Shown here piece after piece: positions 54,059 through 61,431 of a stretch of 64,000 nucleotides of DNA (positions are counted from its first letter, which is position 1; each line of letters begins with the position of its first letter). Position numbers and translations under genes: made by a program. The stretch is from a virus. Under the pieces are notes generated by a model. It did no database searches, was not told the DNA's origin, and saw only the letters and a program-made list of their open reading frames with translations. The stretch is from positions 51,556 through 115,555 of IMG/VR virus record IMGVR_UViG_3300049460_000134; one strand, 5' to 3'.

Positions 54059-54967
54059 ATGACTGACGTGCTTAAGAAGTATTCCGCTGGTCGCGCATTC
54101 GGCGCCTTTGCAGCGATGAACATGCCCCATATGCCGCGCATCGCATTCGAAAAGCCCGACGATCTGGGCAATGGCGCTGGCGACAACAACGGTGGTGGCT
54201 CTGATGACAATTCTGGTTCCGATGATTCCACTGGCGGTTCTGACGATGACGCTGCTGGTGATGACGACACTTCCGGCTCCGACAAGAGCGAGGCGGACAA
54301 GGCTCTCCTGCGCGAAGTCATGGAAAAGAAGGGCAAGATCAAGGATCTGACCGGCGAGGTTTCGACGCTCAAGGCTGAGCTGAAAAGGTTCGAAGGCATC
54401 AACCTCGATGAAGTCCGCGCGCTGATCGACGAAAAGAAGAATGCCGAGCTGCAGGCTGAAGAAGCCAAGGGCAACTTCGACCGCGTCAAGCAGATGATGG
54501 TCGAGGCGCACGAGAACGACAAGAAGACGCTCACCGACACGATCGCCGATCTGCAGACGCAGCTCCAGAAGGCCAACGGCCAGATCGATGAACTGACGGT
54601 CGGCCGCTCGTTCTCCGAGTCCAAGTATATCGTGGATGAACTCGTGCTGACGCCGGCCAAGGCTCGCCAGCTCTACGGCGCTCACTTCGGTATCGAAGAC
54701 GGCCAGGTCGTTGCTTACGACAAGCCGACAGGTGCCGACGCTCGCACGGTCTATACCGGTGGTGACGGCAAGCCGCTCGCTTTCGAGGATGCCATGAAGA
54801 AGCTGATCGAAGCCGATCCGGATCGCGATCGCCTGGTCAAGTCGAACATCAAGCCTGGCGCTGGTTCGGCCACCAAGAAGGTCGAAGACAAGACCGACAA
54901 GACCGGCGCCGACAAGACCTATGGCGTGTCGCGCATCCTCTTCTCCCTCAACAAAGAAGACAAATAA
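54059..54967 (+). CDS. Capsid scaffolding protein
   Basis: G/D-rich N-terminus and coiled coil; between portal and capsid genes. Confidence 0.8.
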   Translation: MTDVLKKYSAGRAFGAFAAMNMPHMPRIAFEKPDDLGNGAGDNNGGGSDDNSGSDDSTGGSDDDAAGDDDTSGSDKSEADKALLREVMEKKGKIKDLTGEVSTLKAELKRFEGINLDEVRALIDEKKNAELQAEEAKGNFDRVKQMMVEAHENDKKTLTDTIADLQTQLQKANGQIDELTVGRSFSESKYIVDELVLTPAKARQLYGAHFGIEDGQVVAYDKPTGADARTVYTGGDGKPLAFEDAMKKLIEADPDRDRLVKSNIKPGAGSATKKVEDKTDKTGADKTYGVSRILFSLNKEDK

Positions 54968-55105
54968 TCAGGTTTAGCCTGATTTATGGATGTCAGTCAA
55001 CAATTACTGACATTTTTTTCTTGCGTAGTCCAAGGTCGTCGGGTTAACATTATGTCAATCAATTTTGACTGACACCCGACGGCCTGATTTCGTAAGGAGA
55101 ATACA

Positions 55106-56008
55106 ATGCCGCTACTCGTGCAAGAAGCCGCGAAACTGTCCCAGGAGGACAAGGCTCGTGGCGTAATTGAGGAAATCATCGAACGCGATGATCTCTTCGC
55201 GCTGCTCCCGTTCCAGCATGTGAACGACAAGGTTTTCAGCTACGTCCGCGAAGGCACGCTGTCTGAAGGCGAATTCCTGGACGCCTACGAAGAAGTCCCG
55301 GAAGGCGCTGCAACGTTCGAAGAAGTCACTGGCAAGCTCAAGGTGCTCGCTGGCGACGTCGACATCGACAAGTTCACGGCTTCCACGCAGTCGAACCTCA
55401 ACCCGCAGATTGCTATCCAGCTCGCTGCGAAGGCAAAGGGTATCGGCCGCAAGTATCGTCGCACGCTCGTCAACGGTGACTCCTCGGTCAACGCCAAGAG
55501 CTTCGACGGTATCAAGAAGCTGACGCCTGCCGCCCAGACGCTCGTCGCTGGTGCCAACGGTGCTGCTGTTTCTCCCGAAATGCTCGATGAGCTGCTCGAC
55601 GCCGTTACCCTCGGCGCCGACGTGCTGATGATGCGCAAGGGCACCTGGCGCGCTATCCGCTCCATCATGCGCTCCTTCGGTGGCAACACCGGCGACATGA
55701 TCCAGATCCCGAACTTCGGCAAGCCCGTTCCGGCTTACGACGGTATCCCGGTCATCATCAACGACTACATCCTGGACGATGAAGTTCAGGGTTCGGCGAA
55801 CGAGACGACCTCGATCTACGCTCTGCGCCTCAACGAAGCTGACGGCTTCCACGGCGTTTACGGTGGTCCTTCCGCCGGCGTTCAGTTCGAAGACATCGGC
55901 ACGATCCAGAACAAGGACGCGAGCCGGTTCCGTCTGAAGTGGTATTCGGCGACTGCCCTCAAGGCAACTCACGCCGTTGCACGTCTGAAGGGCGTCCTCA
56001 ACGTCTAA
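55106..56008 (+). CDS. Major capsid protein
   Basis: 300 aa; highly biased codons; GDVDIDKF and FDGIKK motifs; followed by a terminator. Confidence 0.88.
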   Translation: MPLLVQEAAKLSQEDKARGVIEEIIERDDLFALLPFQHVNDKVFSYVREGTLSEGEFLDAYEEVPEGAATFEEVTGKLKVLAGDVDIDKFTASTQSNLNPQIAIQLAAKAKGIGRKYRRTLVNGDSSVNAKSFDGIKKLTPAAQTLVAGANGAAVSPEMLDELLDAVTLGADVLMMRKGTWRAIRSIMRSFGGNTGDMIQIPNFGKPVPAYDGIPVIINDYILDDEVQGSANETTSIYALRLNEADGFHGVYGGPSAGVQFEDIGTIQNKDASRFRLKWYSATALKATHAVARLKGVLNV

Positions 56009-56039
56009 TCTTGTTTGTCAGTAAAAACTGACTTACTAT

Positions 56040-56068
56040 AAGGGGCAGGGTCATTCCTGCCCCTTTTG
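56040..56068 (+). terminator. Intrinsic terminator after the capsid gene
   Basis: AAGGGGCAGG..CCTGCCCCTTTT. Confidence 0.8.
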
Positions 56069-56097
56069 CTGTTTCCTCCAACCATGATTGGCGAAGA

Positions 56098-57183
56098 ATG
56101 AACTACCTCAAACTCACGTCCAAAGGATTCGAGACCTACAATGGACACCTCAACATCATCCTCTTCCGCGACGGTATCTCGACCACGCCCGTTCCTGAGC
56201 GGATTGCCGACCGCATTGCTGCGGCTACGGCTTGCGTTGCCTGCGACGAGGATGGAAATACCGGCGAGACTCTCCAGCACGTCGGTATTCAAAATCGTCT
56301 CATCGATGACTCCAAGAACCGTGCTCCGGTAGCAAAGCGTCTAGCTCGTCAATCCGACAGCGAGCGCAGCGTCGAAGAGCGCGTCGATCTGTCCAAGGCT
56401 CTGAAGGCTCCGAGCGAAACACTCTACACGCGTCAGGATCTTGAACTGCTCGCTGACAAGGCCGGCATCAAGGGTCTGCGCGACATCGGCAAGAACTGGA
56501 AGGTCACTGGCCGCGCCATCCCTGAGCTGATCGAGAAGATCCTCAATGCCCAGGCGAAGTTCCTCAAGCAGCGCGAGCAGGCGCTCGAAAGCCGCGGCGC
56601 TACCAAGAACCGCGTCACGACGATCGCCCAGGAAGAAAAGGCTGTCGAAGTTGTCGAGGAAGTTCCGGCCGCCGCAAGCATCGAGGGACTAGCCGAAGCT
56701 TACACTGCCAATGGCGAAGTCGTTGTTACTGGCGTCCAGCTCGTCGAGCGTGCCCTGAAGAACTCCGGCAAGTCGCTGACCGGCTGGAACACGCTGACCG
56801 ACAAGGAGCGCAAGCCCTTCATCGATCGCGAGATCACCGCCCTTGAAGTCTTCAATTCCGCTCGCCTAAAGCCTGTCGTCACCGAAGCTTCGGCTGAAGA
56901 GAAGTCTGCTGAGCCCGAAAAGGCCGTCGAGCCTGAGAAGGCTGCCGAAGAGACCAAGCAGGAAGCTACTCCGGAAGGGGAGGGCGAGAAGCAGCCTGAA
57001 AGCACCGAGACGCCGGAAGGCGAAAAGGCGCCTGAAGACGAAACGCCTTCGGCCGACCAGGACGACGCTGACGAGGACAACGCCTCTGATGCCGACGACG
57101 AAGACGATGGCGTCGATTTCATCGATGAGGACGAAGAGGCCGGCGACAAGCCTGCCGACGAAGACGCCAAGAAGGACGCATAA
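56098..57183 (+). CDS. Virion-associated protein with long acidic tail
   Basis: Post-capsid position; N-terminal domain shared with the 29109 product. Confidence 0.65.
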   Translation: MNYLKLTSKGFETYNGHLNIILFRDGISTTPVPERIADRIAAATACVACDEDGNTGETLQHVGIQNRLIDDSKNRAPVAKRLARQSDSERSVEERVDLSKALKAPSETLYTRQDLELLADKAGIKGLRDIGKNWKVTGRAIPELIEKILNAQAKFLKQREQALESRGATKNRVTTIAQEEKAVEVVEEVPAAASIEGLAEAYTANGEVVVTGVQLVERALKNSGKSLTGWNTLTDKERKPFIDREITALEVFNSARLKPVVTEASAEEKSAEPEKAVEPEKAAEETKQEATPEGEGEKQPESTETPEGEKAPEDETPSADQDDADEDNASDADDEDDGVDFIDEDEEAGDKPADEDAKKDA

Positions 57184-57186
57184 CCA

Positions 57187-57990
57187 ATGCTGAAGCTCTA
57201 CCCCGAGAACTATGACGTCGCCGTGGACGTTCTCTTCACCGATCTGAATGGAGCGCCGGTCACTGTGACCGGTGTTGACGCGGTTCTGTATGATGGCGAT
57301 GACGAGATCGTTGCCAGCTTCATGAACCTGCCGTTCGACCAGCCAGACGGCAAGAAGACGATCACGATCCCGGCTGCATTCAACCTTCTCGGGGAGAGCG
57401 ATCTTTCGGTCGTGCGCGTGCTGCGCTCGACCCTTCACGCTGCAGCCGGCGATATCAACCGTTCGTTCGGCTATATCGTCGAAGGCGAGTCCCGCCTGGA
57501 GCTCCTCAACAATTCCTTCACGTCGCTTGAAGCTGCCGAAGCGGCAGCTCGCGACCTTCCAAACGTAAAGGCCTGGCTGGCTGCCAGCGACGAGCAGAAA
57601 GCAGCCGCTCTGATCCAGGCCTATTCGCGCGTCTCGCGCATCCAGGTTCGTTTCCCGCTGACACCTGAAGAGACGGACACTCGAGACTTTGACGAGCGCC
57701 AATATTGGATCGTTCGACCTGGTCAGTGGACCGAGATCCCGAAAGACCAGTTCCTCGGCTTCCCGAAAGACTTCCGCCGTGCGCTGCGCGCCGCCCAGGT
57801 CTCCGAAGCCAACGTCATCCTCACCGACAATCCTGTCACGCAGCGCCACCGCTCCGGCATTATCTCCGAGACGATCGGCGAAAGCTCTGTGATGCTGCGC
57901 GGCGGCAAGCTCGAGCTCGGCGTCGATAACGAGACGCTGCGCTGCCTCTCAGGCTATGTCTATTACGATGTGCGAGTTGTCCGCGGATGA
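57187..57990 (+). CDS. Head-tail adaptor
   Basis: KAAALIQA and SETIGESS motifs; synteny. Confidence 0.65.
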   Translation: MLKLYPENYDVAVDVLFTDLNGAPVTVTGVDAVLYDGDDEIVASFMNLPFDQPDGKKTITIPAAFNLLGESDLSVVRVLRSTLHAAAGDINRSFGYIVEGESRLELLNNSFTSLEAAEAAARDLPNVKAWLAASDEQKAAALIQAYSRVSRIQVRFPLTPEETDTRDFDERQYWIVRPGQWTEIPKDQFLGFPKDFRRALRAAQVSEANVILTDNPVTQRHRSGIISETIGESSVMLRGGKLELGVDNETLRCLSGYVYYDVRVVRG

Positions 57991-58757
57991 TTACCAATCT
58001 TCTGTCTGACAAGGCCGGCGCCGCCTATAATCGATATGGCCTCTTTACCGACGGCCTGAAATCCATTCACCGCGGCGCTTTGCTGCGCTCCGACTTCGGC
58101 TCTGCCTCGCTTACCGATCAACTGCGCAAGCACGCAATGCACCAGGGCTCCACCTTCCTGGATAGCGAGCTGGTTCAGATGCGGACCGACATTCAGGAAA
58201 TCGCTGAGATTGCGCGCACAGTGACGTTGCGCGAAATTCAGAGCAACGACACGTCAAATCTGACGGACGCGATTGTCGAGCATACTGACGCGTCTTACGA
58301 CTATTTCCAGACTGAGCTTGTGGTGCAGCAGACGCGTGACATCGCAACGCTGCAACGCGCGATGCAAAGGGCAGGGCTGGAAGTTAGCATTGCAGCTCGC
58401 TCGCGCGGCAAGTCCCACCGATCGGCACTGATGGAATACACCTTCGGCAACAAGGCCGACGTCGAGTTCTTCTTCCACGACCGCGCCTCGAGGAAATACG
58501 AAAGCCGTCTGTTCGTGCGCTCGCTCTACCGCCAGACGCTTCTGTCCGTTTACAACGAGACGGTTCTCTTCACGCTGGCCGATCACGGCATGACGCATGC
58601 GGTTGTCGAGCATCATTCGCCCGAATCCGAATTCCACGGCCTGATGATCGCGCTGTCATCCAGCAATGAGCTGCCGACCTATTCAGAGATCCGCGACAAG
58701 GTCTTTCACCCGAACGCCAATGCTTATCTGAGGATGGACACTGATGTTTCTGCCTAA
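57987..58757 (+). CDS. Minor head/morphogenesis protein
   Basis: C-terminal FHPN motif. Confidence 0.55.
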   Translation: MITNLLSDKAGAAYNRYGLFTDGLKSIHRGALLRSDFGSASLTDQLRKHAMHQGSTFLDSELVQMRTDIQEIAEIARTVTLREIQSNDTSNLTDAIVEHTDASYDYFQTELVVQQTRDIATLQRAMQRAGLEVSIAARSRGKSHRSALMEYTFGNKADVEFFFHDRASRKYESRLFVRSLYRQTLLSVYNETVLFTLADHGMTHAVVEHHSPESEFHGLMIALSSSNELPTYSEIRDKVFHPNANAYLRMDTDVSA

Positions 58758-59091
58758 TGGCTCCTGCACGCTGCGCCGCAAGGCTGGTCGCGACAAGTTC
58801 GGCCAGGCAAAGCTCTCCGATCCTGTGACGATCAGCTACGCGCCGGTCGATATGAACATGACCGTCGAGAAGACGTCCGTCCGCTCCGATAGCTCGGCGA
58901 CGCGCGGCCAGGCAGAACAGTTGGTCTCGGCCAATGCCAAGATCCTCGTTCCAGCCAAGACCGTCGTCGGCGCTGGCGACCAGCTTGAGATCGATGGTGA
59001 GAACTATCGCGTCTCTGGCCGGCACGCTCGCAAGAACGTCTTCGGCAATGTCGATCACATCGAACTGCTGTTGGAGGTCTTCCCGGCATGA
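58744..59091 (+). CDS. Head closure protein
   Basis: DKFGQ and GDQLEIDG motifs; synteny. Confidence 0.65.
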   Translation: MFLPNGSCTLRRKAGRDKFGQAKLSDPVTISYAPVDMNMTVEKTSVRSDSSATRGQAEQLVSANAKILVPAKTVVGAGDQLEIDGENYRVSGRHARKNVFGNVDHIELLLEVFPA

Positions 59092-59522
59092 TCGAAATGA
59101 AGGTGACAGGTGTCGCTGATACGATCCTGGGGCTGCGCAACACCGGCGAGCGCGTGGCAGCCAACGCCCGTAAGGTCATGCACCGCGCCGCCGACAAGAT
59201 TGTTGAGCGCGCACGCCTGATGGCGCCTGTCGACAAGGGCAACCTCGAGGACGCGATCCAGAAGCAAGTGACCTACGAAGGAAAGCGCAACCGTCTGGCG
59301 ATCGACATTGTGCTCCTCGATAGCGTCAACGGCGTCGATATCACCGATTACGGGCGCGAAATGCACGAGGGGATCTACAATCTCGGACCTCTGTCCGAAG
59401 AGAAGCAGTCCAGGACCGGCGTCCAGGTCGGACGCGAATTCATCACGCGTGCAGCCAAGGAACAGAAAGACAAGCTCGAGCCGGCTGTGCTCGCGGCCAT
59501 CAAGGACGGAGTAAAGATTTGA
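59088..59522 (+). CDS. HK97 gp10-like tail completion protein
   Basis: APVDKGNL and FITRA motifs. Confidence 0.75.
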   Translation: MIEMKVTGVADTILGLRNTGERVAANARKVMHRAADKIVERARLMAPVDKGNLEDAIQKQVTYEGKRNRLAIDIVLLDSVNGVDITDYGREMHEGIYNLGPLSEEKQSRTGVQVGREFITRAAKEQKDKLEPAVLAAIKDGVKI

Positions 59523-59938
59523 TCTGGGACATCATCACCGACAAGATCGTTGCGGCAGGCCTCGCCTCGGTCGAGCAAGATCAGGAAGACATTTTCATCC
59601 AGGACTTGCCGGCTGACATCAAGCGCGGCGTCGGTCTGTTTGCGCCGCTCAACGGCATTCAGATCAGCCCTTATCTGCCTGGCTTCTACAAGCCGGATCT
59701 TCGGATCATCGTGCGCGACTATGAGGTAGCGTCTGGAACAGCCAAGGCCAATCGGATCATGAAGATCCTGACGATCGACGCCGAGGAGATCTATGAGGCG
59801 ACCGACGAGCGTGGCCGCGTCATGCTGAAGGTGTTCTATCCGAAGCAGCTCCCAATCCAGTTTCCGCGCCAGGACGGCAATGGAATCGAATGGGCGCTGA
59901 GCTTCCAGACCGCATTTTCGATAAACGAACAGCCATAA
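59519..59938 (+). CDS. Tail terminator
   Basis: Synteny; RQDGNG.E. Confidence 0.6.
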   Translation: MIWDIITDKIVAAGLASVEQDQEDIFIQDLPADIKRGVGLFAPLNGIQISPYLPGFYKPDLRIIVRDYEVASGTAKANRIMKILTIDAEEIYEATDERGRVMLKVFYPKQLPIQFPRQDGNGIEWALSFQTAFSINEQP

Positions 59939-60052
59939 ACCCGTTCGGGTTGGCTTGTCAATAAATACTTACTGATATTACTTGCTTACGGCAGGCGATA
60001 TGCGTTACCATTATGCCAATCAATTTTGACTGACATCTGTAAGGAGAATTCC

Positions 60053-60568
60053 ATGCCTTCGAGCACCGAAAATGTGAAGCTTGGCGTTTGCAACGTCCTC
60101 TTCGACGCTTTTGACCTTGGCTTCACCAAGGGCGGCGTTGAAGTCGAAGTTGCAACCAACACCCACGAAGTTACCGTCGATCAGCTCGGCGAAACTCCGA
60201 TCGACGAAATTATCATGGGCCGCACGGTCAAGGTCACGGTCCCGATGGCCGAAACGACCCTTGAGAACCTGGTCAAGATCATGCCTGGCTCGCGCCTGGT
60301 TACGGATGCCACCACGCCGACCAAGAAGAAGGTCGTTGTTGCCACCGGCACCTCGATCTCGCTGCTCAAGACCGCAAAGACTCTCGTCCTGCGTCCGAAG
60401 GGCACCAACGGCGAAGACGACTTCACGGTTCTGAGAGCCATGACCGCCGGTGCGATCCAGTTCGCCTACCAGACGGACCAGGAACGCGTCTTCAACGTTA
60501 CCTTCAAGGGTTACGCTGACGAAGAAGGCGACCTGTTCTCTGTCGGCGACGACACCGCAGCCGCTTAA
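60053..60568 (+). CDS. Major tail tube protein
   Basis: LGFTKGGV, VDQLG and ERVFNVTF motifs. Confidence 0.85.
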   Translation: MPSSTENVKLGVCNVLFDAFDLGFTKGGVEVEVATNTHEVTVDQLGETPIDEIIMGRTVKVTVPMAETTLENLVKIMPGSRLVTDATTPTKKKVVVATGTSISLLKTAKTLVLRPKGTNGEDDFTVLRAMTAGAIQFAYQTDQERVFNVTFKGYADEEGDLFSVGDDTAAA

Positions 60569-60658
60569 TGTTCTTGCTTCGCGGCTAATTGTAAGTCAAA
60601 ATTGACTGACTATCTGAAAGGGTAGTCAGTCAATCTTGTTTTAGGGAACCCCTCACAC

Positions 60659-61012
60659 ATGTCCGAACAATTCTATCTCGACCTCGACGCCGTATCGCCG
60701 AACGTGGAATTCACGATCAAGCTGGCCGGCGTTGAACATAAGGTCAAGGAATCGTCTGTCGAAGATTTCATCGCCAATGCGCGTGCAATCGAGAAGCTGG
60801 CGCTGAATGCCTCGCCGATCGATGAGATCGAGCTGATCCTGTCCATCATCACGCGCGCTCTGCCCACCTGTGACGCTGCAGTGCTGAAGAAGATGAGCCT
60901 CGGCCAGCTCATGACCATCCGCGACTTCGTCATGACCGCCAATGGCGAGAAGGCTGAAGAAGTCGGTCCCGCAACGGCGAGTGCAGAGGGAAACGAACCG
61001 GCGGCGAAGTAA
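60659..61012 (+). CDS. Tail assembly chaperone (G)
   Basis: Between tail tube and tape measure; slippery GGGAAAC near the 3' end. Confidence 0.8.
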   Translation: MSEQFYLDLDAVSPNVEFTIKLAGVEHKVKESSVEDFIANARAIEKLALNASPIDEIELILSIITRALPTCDAAVLKKMSLGQLMTIRDFVMTANGEKAEEVGPATASAEGNEPAAK

Positions 61013-61386
61013 AGGGGATCGACTTCCCCTTTCTTTGGGCAAAGGTCATCAAGACCTACCACTTCGCCCATAGTGAACTCATGAAGATGCCGCTCAAGTT
61101 CTTCTGGCTCTACGTCCGGATGGTTGAGCGGCTCGAAGCAGACGAAGATATCCGGATGCTCGCCCTGATGACCTACTCTCAAACGGGCGAGGGGATCAAG
61201 GAGATCCACGAAAGGCTCTCGGAGCTGCGTGGTCAGATCCAGGTCTACCAGCCGGAAGTTCAGACGCTCAACCTCGACGATGACAGCCTCGATCCGACGT
61301 TCGACAAGGCTGCCCTGGATGCTCTCAAGGCCTCCATTCGCCGCGGTAAACCGAAGAAGGAAACTGAAGACGATAGCCAGGCGTAG
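60988..61386 (+). CDS. Tail assembly chaperone T portion, reached by -1 frameshift
   Basis: G GGA AAC at 60988-60994; the -1 frame is open from 60991 into the 61081 ORF. Confidence 0.75.
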   Translation, partial: GKRTGGEVKGIDFPFLWAKVIKTYHFAHSELMKMPLKFFWLYVRMVERLEADEDIRMLALMTYSQTGEGIKEIHERLSELRGQIQVYQPEVQTLNLDDDSLDPTFDKAALDALKASIRRGKPKKETEDDSQA

Positions 61387-61431
61387 TGCGCGCTTGGCTG
61401 TCAGTCAAATATGACTGATTGAAGGACGAAG

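Larger units (their letters stand above)
77..61420. promoter_or_regulatory. Dispersed 22-bp palindromic operator, consensus TGTCAGT(C/A)A-N4-TGACTGACA, 31 copies
   Basis: Copies start at 77, 1200, 4201, 4306, 6584, 7967, 10292, 12939, 17507, 19412, 19977, 23938, 24036, 29049, 33134, 37115, 38879, 39584, 39988, 44140, 46027, 46780, 50317, 52304, 54991, 55053, 56016, 59956, 60014, 60590 and 61399; almost all lie just upstream of gene starts. Confidence 0.9.

Noticed and set aside
77-61420. 22-bp repeats as a CRISPR array
   Set aside because: The copies are dispersed singly at gene starts, with no regular spacers and no cas genes
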